From Bacteroidota bacterium (GTDB taxonomy: Bacteria > Bacteroidota > Bacteroidia > UBA7662), in the NCBI GenBank assembly GCA_005799065.1, contig SYHW01000025.1:1-53036 (forward strand): a stretch of 53,036 bases of DNA, given 5' to 3'. Below the pieces are notes generated by a model that made no database searches, was not told where the DNA came from, and was given only the letters and a program-made list of their open reading frames with translations. A program made the translations under genes and the position numbers. Each line of letters opens with the position of its first letter. Within the stretch, counting starts at the first letter, position 1. Positions 1 through 12,154 of this stretch are shown here, one piece after another.

Positions 1-1742
<1,742 letters not shown>

Positions 1743-1805
1743 TCAATTAAATAAAAAGAAGTTAAAACTCGCGTAAATATACAGATAAAATCGGCCTTTG
1801 TAGCC

Positions 1806-2762
1806 CTAAATTGGACCCGATAACGGGCATTTCAGTTCGATTTCTTGCTGGGTCACTGGATGCTTGAATTTGAGTACATGCGCATGCAAAAAAAGGCGAT
1901 TTCCGCCTGATGGCAGGCCTACTCGATGCTCATTCTCCGATCCTCCATACCGCCGATCGCCCACGATGGGGTGCCCCAACCAGGCCATATGGATTCTGAG
2001 TTGATGGGTGCGCCCTGTTTGGGGCTTCAAGCACATTTGGGTGATCCCCGATCGGTGTTCTAAGCATTGAAAATGAGTGATGGCCGGTTTTCCAAATGTT
2101 CCCTCCGGGTCGGTGGTGATTCGATTGGGTTCTGACGGGCATCTGCCGATGGCCTGATCAATAATCCCTTCATTCATTTCAGGTTTGCCCCATACCCATG
2201 CCTCGTAGGTTTTCTCAACCTGTCCGTTCTCGAATTGAATGCGCAGCTGAGCCTGTGCCTCTAAGTGCAAGCCAAGCAATAACAAACCTGATGTTGCCTT
2301 ATCGAGCCGATGCACCGGCATGCGTCGCAATTCCGGGTCGGCGTATTCTTGGGCCGGGAACAGGTGTCGCAGAAAATGAAGGACGGTGCCCCGATGACAA
2401 CCCAATCCCGGGTGAACGGGCATACCTTCTGGCTTGTTAATGGCCAGGAGGTGCTCGTCGCGGTAACAAATTTCGATCGCGTGATCTTCGGGCAGTAAAT
2501 TTTGCATGTGAACGCGACGTATTTCGATTCGGTCGCCTCTTTTGATGGGGTCGGTTGCCTGAGCCGGAATTTCATTAACCCGAACACGCTGTTGCTGAAA
2601 CAGTGTATGCCATTGTTGGTTGCCGATGCCCTCTGTTCGATCGCGAAGGAATGCACCTAAGGATGGGTGCGAGCGGTCGGCCTCGATCCACATATACTGG
2701 TGGTTGCGTGGGTCAACGCCTTCTTCAAAGACAGCTGGGATCAATGGGGCAGCGCGGGGCAT
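1806..2762 (-). CDS. RluA/RluD-family pseudouridine synthase
   Basis: NKPEGMPVHP, catalytic HRLDKATSG, TGRTHQLRIH, GHPIVGD and LFLHA motifs; S4-like N-terminus. Confidence 0.9.
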   Translation of the reverse strand: MPRAAPLIPAVFEEGVDPRNHQYMWIEADRSHPSLGAFLRDRTEGIGNQQWHTLFQQQRVRVNEIPAQATDPIKRGDRIEIRRVHMQNLLPEDHAIEICYRDEHLLAINKPEGMPVHPGLGCHRGTVLHFLRHLFPAQEYADPELRRMPVHRLDKATSGLLLLGLHLEAQAQLRIQFENGQVEKTYEAWVWGKPEMNEGIIDQAIGRCPSEPNRITTDPEGTFGKPAITHFQCLEHRSGITQMCLKPQTGRTHQLRIHMAWLGHPIVGDRRYGGSENEHRVGLPSGGNRLFLHAHVLKFKHPVTQQEIELKCPLSGPI

Positions 2763-2830
2763 GTCCGAAGCAAAAGATTGAAAGGGGATGAACTACACCG
2801 ATCGAAATGCCAGCCAGCAGAAAAAAACCA

Positions 2831-4246
2831 TTAGAAGCGTACCGTTGTAATTTCACCACTCTTAATGCTGAAGTCTTTCACCAAACTAAATACCATACGT
2901 GAGCTGGTGGCCGAGCGATATAAAATCCGGTAGTTACCGGGCTGCAGCACAACCGTTTCGAGGCTGAGGTTTGGACTCAAATCATAGCATTTTGTGAGGG
3001 AAGGCCCGTTCACTAAAAAAATGGCGCCATAACCGCCTGTATTGCTCACAAAATTAATCATCCCCGGTTGAGGAATCTGTATGCGTTCCGATGCGCCTGC
3101 CTTTAGTTGCAGGGCCCGCACATGAATAACCGGTGTGGTGGGAATTTCAATATCGTATGTTCCTACTAAGTATTTTCTGAGGGTATTGAAATCTTGGGTG
3201 GCTACCAAAGCGCCATCCTGCGGGTTTCTCAGCGTGGCGCGGAGATTTTTGTATCCCGAAACACCCGCCACCACCAATTCTAAGCTGCCTTGTTCGCAGT
3301 TGACCTGAATGGTGTTGTGCTTTCCTGCTTCAATTTGTATGCCTTTTTTAAAAATAGGCGGGGTGGTATGGATGGTGAGGTCGTAGCTGCTCGAGGGGTC
3401 TATGACCACGGTGTCGGAATAGCCTTTACTGTTCTTGGTATGTACATAATGATAGCGATCCATCTGGGCTTCACGGGCGTAGAGCGACATCGAAACATTG
3501 GTTTCAGACGGCTTTCCTTTCGTATCGAGGAGATCGATCTGCAGCGTAGTGGTATTCAAAGCCTGGGCCACAACCGCCGTGAGTGCTTGCTTGAAGGCAG
3601 ACTCTTGTTGGGCATCGTAATAGGTGCCCACACAGTCGAAAGCCTCACGCATTGATAAATCGAGTCCCAGTCCAATAACAAAAGGTTTAAGGAAAACATT
3701 GCTTTTTTGTAGTTGGTAGGAAACCAGGCAGGGATCGCCGCTGCAATTTTCTAATCCGTCGGTAATCAAAATCACCACATTTCTAGAAAGCGGGTCGTCT
3801 GGGAAGTCCATGCCGGCCTGCGAAAGGCTGTAAGCAATAGGCGTATTGCCCATGGGCTTAATGGTCTTGAGTTTGTCTTGGATCAGTTGGTGGCCGCCTT
3901 CGGTGAAAGGCACCTCAAGGCGGGTGTCTTTGCAGTCGCCCTGGTCGCGAAAGGTCTGATGACCGTAGACCCTCAGGGCAACCTCGACCTGTGGGGTTGT
4001 TTTAAGGCTGTCCATGATTTCCGTGAGCAAGCGTGTAGCCACTTGCCAGCGAGAATTGTTCTGCCACCGGGCCTGCATACTACCCGAAGCATCCAAAACA
4101 AAGAGAATTCGGGTCTTAATTCCTGTTGTGTCTTTTGTTTCAAACTGTTTCTTTCGTTGAACCTGACCAAAAACTGTATGGGGTGTCCAAAGTAAGGTCG
4201 AAATGAGGAGGGTAAATACCGTCAGTACGGTTTTGAATCGGGTCAT
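2831..4246 (-). CDS. Secreted von Willebrand factor A (VWA) domain protein
   Basis: Signal peptide; MIDAS motif DASGS...T...TDG. Start moved to ATG 4246 because the track's TTG (4255) lies inside a TAnnTTTG box. Confidence 0.82.
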   Translation of the reverse strand: MTRFKTVLTVFTLLISTLLWTPHTVFGQVQRKKQFETKDTTGIKTRILFVLDASGSMQARWQNNSRWQVATRLLTEIMDSLKTTPQVEVALRVYGHQTFRDQGDCKDTRLEVPFTEGGHQLIQDKLKTIKPMGNTPIAYSLSQAGMDFPDDPLSRNVVILITDGLENCSGDPCLVSYQLQKSNVFLKPFVIGLGLDLSMREAFDCVGTYYDAQQESAFKQALTAVVAQALNTTTLQIDLLDTKGKPSETNVSMSLYAREAQMDRYHYVHTKNSKGYSDTVVIDPSSSYDLTIHTTPPIFKKGIQIEAGKHNTIQVNCEQGSLELVVAGVSGYKNLRATLRNPQDGALVATQDFNTLRKYLVGTYDIEIPTTPVIHVRALQLKAGASERIQIPQPGMINFVSNTGGYGAIFLVNGPSLTKCYDLSPNLSLETVVLQPGNYRILYRSATSSRMVFSLVKDFSIKSGEITTVRF

Positions 4247-4252
4247 TCGGTG

Positions 4253-4260
4253 CAAAAATA
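4253..4260 (-). promoter_or_regulatory. Bacteroidota -7 promoter element (TATTTTTG) for the VWA gene
   Basis: Exact TAnnTTTG match 6 nt upstream of ATG 4246. Confidence 0.6.
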
Positions 4261-4294
4261 GTGATTAATAACGCCAGAATTCAAGTTGGCTAGG

Positions 4295-5323
4295 TTAGGT
4301 AAAGAAACGCAGGCCGTCGGCCGACAAAGGCCATCGCGGTTTGGCCACCAAATCCTGCCCAGCGAATTGGCCTTTTTGATGATAATACAGGGCGGTTTGT
4401 GCAATCATGGCCGCGTTGTCGGTGCAGTAAGCCAGTTTAGGGAGATGCAATCGGCTTCCTAATTCGCTGCACTGCAGGCGCGCCGCCTGTTGTAATCCGC
4501 TGTTGGCAGCCACACCACCTGCCAATGCAATGTCTGTACAAGGATAAAGTTGTGCGGCAGACCTGAGTTTTTGAATCAACATGTCTACAATGGCGTACTG
4601 CAGACTGGCGCATAAATCTGCCCGATGCACTTCAATAAAATCGGGATGATGGGCCGTTCCCTTTTCAAGTGCAAGCCGGAGACTTGTTTTGAGTCCACTA
4701 AACGAAAAATCAAGCCCAGGTACCTTCGCACTGGGCAGGTTCAGGAAATGGGGATCACCCCGCTGCGCCCAGGCATCGATCTGAGGGCCACCCGGGTAGG
4801 TCATGCCCAGCATGCGAGCGCCCTTGTCGAACGCCTCCCCGGCCGCATCGTCGCGTGTTTGACCAATCACCGCCAAATCGAAGGGGTCCTTGAGGTAGAC
4901 CAATTGGGTGTGCCCCCCCGAAACGGTGAGGCACAAAAGCGGAAATTCTGGTTTCGGTGGATCAATAAAGTGGGCCATTATATGGGCATGCATGTGATGC
5001 ACCGCAATGAGTGGTTTTTGGAACACCAGGCTCAGGCTTTTGGCAAATGAAGTGCCCACCATGAGCGCACCAGGGAGTCCGGGCCCAGCCGTGACAGCAA
5101 ATGCATCGATCCGATGGGCGCTAATACCGGCAATTTTAAGGGCCTGTCTGGTGAGTGGAAGCAATTGAGCCAGGTGTTCGCGACTGGCCAATTCGGGAAC
5201 AACCCCTCCAAAATGCTCATGAATGAGCTGACTGCGGCCGACATGAGCCAAAATACCTGAATCGGAAGTTATAGCGACCGAAGTATCGTCGCAACTGCTT
5301 TCTATGGCTAAAATGACAGGCAT
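4295..5323 (-). CDS. tsaD: tRNA threonylcarbamoyltransferase TsaD
   Basis: ILAIESSCDDT, GGVVPELASR, HHMHAH, SGGHT, DDAAGEAFDK, FSFSGLKT and CTDNAAMIA motifs. Confidence 0.96.
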   Translation of the reverse strand: MPVILAIESSCDDTSVAITSDSGILAHVGRSQLIHEHFGGVVPELASREHLAQLLPLTRQALKIAGISAHRIDAFAVTAGPGLPGALMVGTSFAKSLSLVFQKPLIAVHHMHAHIMAHFIDPPKPEFPLLCLTVSGGHTQLVYLKDPFDLAVIGQTRDDAAGEAFDKGARMLGMTYPGGPQIDAWAQRGDPHFLNLPSAKVPGLDFSFSGLKTSLRLALEKGTAHHPDFIEVHRADLCASLQYAIVDMLIQKLRSAAQLYPCTDIALAGGVAANSGLQQAARLQCSELGSRLHLPKLAYCTDNAAMIAQTALYYHQKGQFAGQDLVAKPRWPLSADGLRFFT

Positions 5324-5364
5324 CGGTCGATGTTGGGCACTAATGAACGCTATTTTGCGCTAAT

Positions 5365-8300
5365 TTGCATCAACTTTCTATTTTTTTAGCTGAAGTTGCT
5401 GCGTTTTACATGGGTGTGCTTGTGATCTTCAGGTCGACTGGTCGGTGGTTTTTGCGGATGGTAGCCGTACTGGTTCCGCTTTCATTGGCTTTTTCCATGT
5501 TGCTCATGCACCGTGAGGTTCAGGATGGAATGGGGCGACTGCTCGCCCGCTGGTTGTCGAAGGAATGGGGAACCCGTGTAGAAATCGATGGTTTTTACCT
5601 GGGGCCGACCGGCCGAATGCGGGTGGAACGGATCAGTATTTATGATCAAACCAACCGGATCCTGTTTGAGATGAATCGGTTTTATGCCTACATCGACCCC
5701 ATTCGAACGGGCTTAAATAGGATTACCATTCCTGAAGTTTCAGTGGGTAACTTCACCTTAAACGCCCTTCACGACCCCAAGGCCAGGAATTTCAACTTTC
5801 AGTTTTTGTTGGATGTTTTTCAAACGGAATCCACCCCTTCGGCGGGTATTGCCCTTCCTAATATACGCATTCGAAATTTTCGTTTGCACCAGGCTCACAT
5901 TCGCTACCACGATTTCAGGCGACCAAGTGCCGATACCACCCGATTTGATCCCTACCACATAGAGTTGAAACAATGTCGATGGCATTTGTCTGAGATCAGC
6001 TACAGCGACCGTATTTTGATCGCCTCGCTCAATCAATTTCGCTTCGATGCCACAGGCGGTTGGCGGGTCGATTCGCTCCAAGCCAAGCTGAAAGCAGATT
6101 CGACGGGTATTCAGATTGATTCATGGAAATTGATGGCCCCTGGAACATTTTTGGCCGGACAATTCAGCATCTTTCGAATAGTTCCAGATTCCATATCCGT
6201 TCAAATTCCCTCCGCGGAATCAAATTCGGTGCAAAAACCCTCCGCGGAATCAAATTCGGTGCAAAAACCCTCCACAGCTTATCGATTATCGATACAGGAA
6301 GGCCTAATCGACCCCCGTTTCATGGCTTATTTTTTGGGTGCCTCGGCCCCTTCCCAGCCACTCGTCCTGAGGGGGCGATATGATTATGCAGACGGACGTC
6401 TCCATGGAGATGGAGTTCGGCTGGCATTCGGCTCATCCTTGTTCGCAGAAGGAGAACTCCGTCTGTCTGAGTTGGGAAAAAGTAAGGGGCCTGTTTTTTC
6501 TGTGCGCGTCGATCAAGGGCAATGGAACCGACAGTCTTGGAACAGCGCTTTTCCCAGGATACCCCTTCCAGCAGTACTCGATTCATTACAATACTTGGGG
6601 TTTCAGGCGTCTTTTGAAGGACAAACAGAGCAGTTTCATGTTCGCGGTGCGTTTTCCGATGGCAAGGGAAAGGCCAACGCAGACCTCGCCGTACACTTAG
6701 CCGGACCAAAATCGACTTATGTAGGGCATCTGGGGATGAGTGCTTTTCATTTGGGCCGCTGGCTGGGCGATCAACATGTGGGGCAGTTGGATATGGATGT
6801 GGATCTACAGGCCACAGGCGATCGAGCAGACAACCTCAATGCACGGCTAAAAGGTGCACTACACCGCTTGGATTACCACGGGTATTCACTCGGTCCCATC
6901 GAAATTCATGGCGATTATGCCCTTGGAACTTTCCAGGGCCGAATCGAATCGGATGATCAAAACGCTTGTTTCACCTTCCAAGGTTTGGTCGATGCGCGTC
7001 AAGAGGTGCCCCTCTACGATTTCGTGGCGAACGTCGACCAATTGGACCTCAAAGCCATAGGAATGAGTGATGAGGATTGGATTTGTGCCGGAAAAGTGAA
7101 ACTGTCTGGAAGCGGACAAAAACCAGATGATCTTCAGGGCCAGTTAACAGGTACGGATCTCGTACTGAACCATTCAGGCGATCTATTAAATTTGGATTTT
7201 GTGTCGCTCGACATGAAACAAGAACGCTCGCCGAACGGGCCGCTGTTGATGGCCCAGTGCAACACCCCTTTTGGCACGGCCGTAGTTCGTGGCGATGGAA
7301 ACCTGAGCCTGTTGAGCAGTGCGATTCGTTCGGCCATCGGCTTGAAATTGTCGGAAAATGAGCATCGGCAGCTCGAAGGAGCCGATTCAACTGCCCGTTT
7401 TACCTTGGATGTTGATTTGGACCGGGCTGAGCAATTAACCGATTATTTCATCAGCGGACAGATTAGCTTGGATCGATTGCTGTTTTTTGCGCGCCTCAAC
7501 CCCCGCGATGGAAACTTTGATTTTTCAGCGGACGCCAGCGATGTCCGCAGTGGAGCGGTTCGCTCGGATCGAATAAGTTTGTTGGGAAAGCGACAGGGGA
7601 CACATCTAGAGGCCGACGTATTCGCCGGATCGATCGACATCGGCCAACAAAGATTGGTTCAGAACCTGCGTTGGCTCAATACCCTGGAAGGCGACACCCT
7701 CCGGTATGCACTTGAGGGCTTGGGCACGGAAGAAAATCAAAGGGCTATGGTAAACGGTTGGTCGGTTGCCGATACCAATGGGGTGCACGTCTATATAGAC
7801 AGCAGTAAACTCTTCGTTTTTGAGCAAAATTGGTTTCTGAAACAAAGGGATCCATTCGTTTACCACAACGGTCGTTTCTCTTTAGGAGATTTCACCCTGG
7901 GTTCCGACAGCATGGCCGTCGTCTGTCGGGGCGTCCTGGGACCCCAAGAGCAGGATGAGGCCGTGCTTTCAGTTGTGGGCGTACCTTTAGCGCCTTTGGT
8001 GCCGTTCCTTTTGCCCAGCGAATACAATATGGAGGGAAAGATGCAGTTGAACGTCCGAGCGCATTCTGTTTTGCAGCGGCCAGAACTGACCGGCACATTG
8101 ATTATTCCGGAATTGCGCTATAACGGACAGCTTTTGGGTGACCTAAGAGCACAGTCGGTGGTAGATCCCGATAGTCGGGTTATGCAACTCAAAGCTGATG
8201 TACAAAGACCCATAGGCCTAGACACATCTTTATCGACCGAAATGCAAAAGCCTCGGCAGTTGCTGACGGTCGATGGCAGCTTCAGCCGAAGAGCGGGACA

Positions 8301-9960
8301 GGATAGTCTCGAGCTGGATCTGATCTTATCGGATCTTCCTGCCTGGGTATTGAATCCACTCCTGCAGCCCGTTTTTGATTCTTTGGATGGAGGCCTCTCG
8401 GGTGATTTACGCTTGTTCATCAATGGCCCCAAAACGGAGTTAACCGGTTGGGCAGATCTCTCCCAAAACCGCATTCACGTTGACTTTTTGGATCAGTCGT
8501 TCCGCCTTGGTAGGCGCATTACGCTATTGCCCGACCGCATACGCTTTGATTCGGTGACGGTCTCTGATGGTCTGAATGGATCGGGATGGGTGACGGGAAG
8601 CCTGATGCACAAAAACTTGGATCGGTTTACGATCGATTTAAAGGTCGATGCCCGAAATATGCAGGTCATCAACACCCCACCCAGCTACCGGGAGGCATTT
8701 TTTGGGACGGGTAGGGCAACGGGAAGCGCCCGCATCACCGGAGATTTCAATCTGGTGGACATTGATGTCGTGGCCACTACTGAGCGCGGTACGCGAATCG
8801 AATTGCCTTTGGATGGCGAAGGCTCACGTTCAGCCAATGAGTTTATTGATTTCGTTTCTGCCACCCGCGATGAGGCCGGAGAAGTTGAAGAGATGGCGTT
8901 CCACCCTGAGGGTGTGGCTTTCCGCATGAATTTGAATATGAACCGCGACGCGGAGTTTAGCGTTTTGTTTGACCGGGCCGCCGGCGATATACTCAAAGGG
9001 AATGGTGAAGGTCAAATGGTTATATCTTATCGTCCGGACGGTGAGTTACTGATGGACGGCAGCTATACGGTGCATTCTGGCGATTATATGTTTACCCTGG
9101 CCAATTTGCCTGGTAAGAAATTTAAACTGGAGCAGGGTGGAACCATAACCTGGTCTGGCGACCCCTATGATGCCCAATTGGACTTGAGCGCCGTGTATCG
9201 GCAGCGTTGTGATGTAGATCGTCTTCTCGACCCGTCGCAATTGCAGAATGAGGCACGGAAACAAATTACAGTCGACACCTACCTCAAGTTAAAGGGCTCC
9301 TTGCTCAAACCCGACGTAGGCTTTCAATTGAAGCTGCCTGGCAACATCGAAGACAATGCCACGGATCCTGTAGCCGCTCGAATAAGAAGCATCAACCAAA
9401 ACGAACAAGAGTTGAACAACCAAGTATTGGCCTTATTAATTGCTGGGCAGTTTTTCCCTGCCGATAATGCAGCCCTCACCGGACTCCTCGGCAGCACGGG
9501 TGCCAATTCACTCACTGAAGTATTGAGCAACCAGCTCAACAATATGCTCTCCCAACTCATCGACAATGTGAGCTTGGGGATATCCTACCGCAACCGATCC
9601 AATTTAATCAATACTTCAGCATCAGGACGTCAAGGAGATTTGGCCGTGGCAGGAAATGTTTCTTTGTTCAATGACCGCCTCCTGATCGACGGAAAATTGG
9701 GCAGCAACACCGTGCAAACATCAAATTCTACAACCTTGGCCGGTGAGATCATGATGGAATATTTACTCACGCGCGACGGGGCCGTTCGAATGAAAGCATT
9801 CAATCGCCTCGATGACCGTATATTGAACAATGCCGATTCCAACTACCGATATGGGGTTGGCATGAGTATTACGGAGAATTATGATACACTTCCCGATCTG
9901 TGGGTGAAAGTTAAAAATCGGTTTAGAAAGGCAAAGCAAGGAAACAAAACAACCGAATAG
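5365..9960 (+). CDS. tamB: Translocation and assembly module TamB (AsmA/DUF490-like)
   Basis: About 1530 aa; N-terminal TM anchor; beta-rich body; C-terminal GTITWSGDPYDAQL, LFNDRL and YLLTRDG motifs. Divergent from tsaD. True start may be ATG 5410 or 5458. Confidence 0.85.
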   Translation: MHQLSIFLAEVAAFYMGVLVIFRSTGRWFLRMVAVLVPLSLAFSMLLMHREVQDGMGRLLARWLSKEWGTRVEIDGFYLGPTGRMRVERISIYDQTNRILFEMNRFYAYIDPIRTGLNRITIPEVSVGNFTLNALHDPKARNFNFQFLLDVFQTESTPSAGIALPNIRIRNFRLHQAHIRYHDFRRPSADTTRFDPYHIELKQCRWHLSEISYSDRILIASLNQFRFDATGGWRVDSLQAKLKADSTGIQIDSWKLMAPGTFLAGQFSIFRIVPDSISVQIPSAESNSVQKPSAESNSVQKPSTAYRLSIQEGLIDPRFMAYFLGASAPSQPLVLRGRYDYADGRLHGDGVRLAFGSSLFAEGELRLSELGKSKGPVFSVRVDQGQWNRQSWNSAFPRIPLPAVLDSLQYLGFQASFEGQTEQFHVRGAFSDGKGKANADLAVHLAGPKSTYVGHLGMSAFHLGRWLGDQHVGQLDMDVDLQATGDRADNLNARLKGALHRLDYHGYSLGPIEIHGDYALGTFQGRIESDDQNACFTFQGLVDARQEVPLYDFVANVDQLDLKAIGMSDEDWICAGKVKLSGSGQKPDDLQGQLTGTDLVLNHSGDLLNLDFVSLDMKQERSPNGPLLMAQCNTPFGTAVVRGDGNLSLLSSAIRSAIGLKLSENEHRQLEGADSTARFTLDVDLDRAEQLTDYFISGQISLDRLLFFARLNPRDGNFDFSADASDVRSGAVRSDRISLLGKRQGTHLEADVFAGSIDIGQQRLVQNLRWLNTLEGDTLRYALEGLGTEENQRAMVNGWSVADTNGVHVYIDSSKLFVFEQNWFLKQRDPFVYHNGRFSLGDFTLGSDSMAVVCRGVLGPQEQDEAVLSVVGVPLAPLVPFLLPSEYNMEGKMQLNVRAHSVLQRPELTGTLIIPELRYNGQLLGDLRAQSVVDPDSRVMQLKADVQRPIGLDTSLSTEMQKPRQLLTVDGSFSRRAGQDSLELDLILSDLPAWVLNPLLQPVFDSLDGGLSGDLRLFINGPKTELTGWADLSQNRIHVDFLDQSFRLGRRITLLPDRIRFDSVTVSDGLNGSGWVTGSLMHKNLDRFTIDLKVDARNMQVINTPPSYREAFFGTGRATGSARITGDFNLVDIDVVATTERGTRIELPLDGEGSRSANEFIDFVSATRDEAGEVEEMAFHPEGVAFRMNLNMNRDAEFSVLFDRAAGDILKGNGEGQMVISYRPDGELLMDGSYTVHSGDYMFTLANLPGKKFKLEQGGTITWSGDPYDAQLDLSAVYRQRCDVDRLLDPSQLQNEARKQITVDTYLKLKGSLLKPDVGFQLKLPGNIEDNATDPVAARIRSINQNEQELNNQVLALLIAGQFFPADNAALTGLLGSTGANSLTEVLSNQLNNMLSQLIDNVSLGISYRNRSNLINTSASGRQGDLAVAGNVSLFNDRLLIDGKLGSNTVQTSNSTTLAGEIMMEYLLTRDGAVRMKAFNRLDDRILNNADSNYRYGVGMSITENYDTLPDLWVKVKNRFRKAKQGNKTTE
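6208..6273 (+). repeat. Perfect 30-bp tandem repeat (2.2 copies) inside tamB
   Basis: CCCTCCGCGGAATCAAATTCGGTGCAAAAA twice plus CCCTCC; encodes PSAESNSVQK twice. Confidence 0.97.
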
Positions 9961-9967
9961 CGCACAA

Positions 9968-12136
9968 TTATGGGCAAGAAGTTGCAATAGACAAAGATTC
10001 TGGTGCCTCGAAATAGCGTTCCGGCATGTTGATTTTGGGGTCTGCCCAAACCCGAGTGAGAAACTCTCCCACTATAGGCAAAGCCGAGTTCGCGCCCCCG
10101 CCTAGATTGGTGCTTCTGAAATGCACGGCACGGTCATCTGCGCCAACCCAAGCCCCCATGGCAAGTCCAGGAGTAATTCCTATAAACCAGCCATCCGAAT
10201 TGTTCTGGGTTGTGCCCGTTTTCCCGCCCAGTGGCATCTTCAAAGCATATTTGCCCCTGAGTCGGGCTGCTGTACCCCGGTTCACCACACCCTCCAGCAT
10301 TTTAGTCATGACATAAGCCGTTTCTTCGCTAAACACCTCGCGCGACTCAGCATCGAATCGGGCCAGTTCATTGCCGTCTTTATCCACAATTCGTGTAACA
10401 AAAATGGGCTTCGTCCACACTCCCTTATTGGCAAAAGTGGCATAGGCGCCCACCATTTCATACACACTCATATCGAAAGCGCCGAGGCAAAGGCTGGGGT
10501 AAGGTTCCATCGGGCTTTCAATGCCCATGTTTCTACTGAGCTCGATGACGGCATCGGGTCCGATTTGTTTCATGAGATATGCCACGATGCTGTTGATGGA
10601 TTTGGCTAGTCCTTCAAACATATTGAGCGTGCCCCCATAAGAATCGTCGTAGTTATCGGGCGTCCAATTCTCGAAATCTTCAAAGGTCACGGGTTGGTTG
10701 GGGATGCGCATGCAGGGGTCGAAGCCGTTGTCGACCGCGAGGGTATACACAAATGGCTTGAATGAGGAACCGGCCTGTCTTCGTGCGTTTTTGTTGACGT
10801 GGTCGTATTGTGTAAATTGCATGTCGATGCCGCCAACCCATGCTTTGATGTGGCCAGATTCGGGTTCCATGGCCATAAAACCAGTGTGGAGGAACTTTTT
10901 GGCATAGCGGATGGAGTCCATCGGACTGATCGTTGTGTCGCGCCACCCCTCCCAACCGAACAAACGGGTTTTCAACGGTTCTTCCATTTTCCGTCGAATT
11001 TGACTTTCGCTGAGTCCCTCGTCTTTCCAATCGCGGTAGCGGTCGCAGCGTTTCATGGCCAGCTCAAGTATCTCAGTGTTGTCGCCCCAGGGTTCACCCT
11101 TTCCTTTCCAATGTCCGAAAAAGGTATTTTGAAGCGATTTCATATGGGTCGCGACAGCATCTTCGGCATGGGTCTGCATTCGTGCATCTAAGGTGGTATA
11201 AACCCGTAAACCATCACGATAAATATCCCATTTCTTTCCATCGGCGCGCGGGTTCTCTTTCACCCATTGGCTCAGCCAAGCCCGAAGATATTCGCGAAAA
11301 TAGGTTGCCGTGCCCGCGGCATGGTCGGATGGCCGAAGGTTCAATTTTAGAGGCAATTCTTGTAGACTGTCTGACTCTTCATCATTGAGGTATCCATATT
11401 TGGCCATTTGCGACAAAACGGTATTCCTTCGGTTCAGCGAACGTTCTGGATTTCGGACGGGCGAATAAAGGGTGATCCCCTTGAGTAGGCCTACCAGGAC
11501 GGCCGATTCTTGAATGTTTAAATCGCGGGCATCTTTGTTGAAATAGGTGCGTGCAGCTGATTTAATGCCAAAACTGTTGTACCCAAAGTCGACTGTATTG
11601 AGGTACATGGCCAGAATTTCCTGCTTGGTGTAGCGACGCTCAAGTTGTACACTGATGACCCATTCTTTGCATTTTTGCAATATGCGAGCAGGTTTTGAGC
11701 GGGCACGTTCGCCACTAAACAAGTTCAGCGCCAATTGCTGTGTAATGGTACTCGCGCCTCCCTTCGATCCCAAAAATACGACGGCGCGCATCAGGCTCCG
11801 CACATCAATCCCCGAATGTCGCTCGAATCGGACATCCTCGGTGGCCACAAGGGCTTGGATCAAATGCGGGGAAAGTTCAGAATAGGGGGTAAACGAACGA
11901 TTTTGAACGAAGTACTTCCCTAAAACAACACCGTCTGAAGCAATAACCTCAGTTGCCAGTAAATTTTTCGGATTTTCTAGATCAGCAAAGCCTGGAAGTT
12001 CTCCAAAAAGACCATAGGCGACCCCAGTAAAAAACAAAACAATTCCGAGCCAAAAAATGAAAAATCCAATCCACATCCGCCGAATCCAGGGGCTACCGGG
12101 CATCGATTTTGAGTAGTTTGTGTTTACGTTCGACAT
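9968..12136 (-). CDS. Class A penicillin-binding protein (PBP1A)
   Basis: Transglycosylase motifs EDVRF..H.G.D and GASTITQQL; transpeptidase motifs SSFK, SIN and KTG; N-terminal TM. Confidence 0.93.
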   Translation of the reverse strand: MSNVNTNYSKSMPGSPWIRRMWIGFFIFWLGIVLFFTGVAYGLFGELPGFADLENPKNLLATEVIASDGVVLGKYFVQNRSFTPYSELSPHLIQALVATEDVRFERHSGIDVRSLMRAVVFLGSKGGASTITQQLALNLFSGERARSKPARILQKCKEWVISVQLERRYTKQEILAMYLNTVDFGYNSFGIKSAARTYFNKDARDLNIQESAVLVGLLKGITLYSPVRNPERSLNRRNTVLSQMAKYGYLNDEESDSLQELPLKLNLRPSDHAAGTATYFREYLRAWLSQWVKENPRADGKKWDIYRDGLRVYTTLDARMQTHAEDAVATHMKSLQNTFFGHWKGKGEPWGDNTEILELAMKRCDRYRDWKDEGLSESQIRRKMEEPLKTRLFGWEGWRDTTISPMDSIRYAKKFLHTGFMAMEPESGHIKAWVGGIDMQFTQYDHVNKNARRQAGSSFKPFVYTLAVDNGFDPCMRIPNQPVTFEDFENWTPDNYDDSYGGTLNMFEGLAKSINSIVAYLMKQIGPDAVIELSRNMGIESPMEPYPSLCLGAFDMSVYEMVGAYATFANKGVWTKPIFVTRIVDKDGNELARFDAESREVFSEETAYVMTKMLEGVVNRGTAARLRGKYALKMPLGGKTGTTQNNSDGWFIGITPGLAMGAWVGADDRAVHFRSTNLGGGANSALPIVGEFLTRVWADPKINMPERYFEAPESLSIATSCP

Positions 12137-12154
12137 CTTTGTGGTTCGGGTTTT

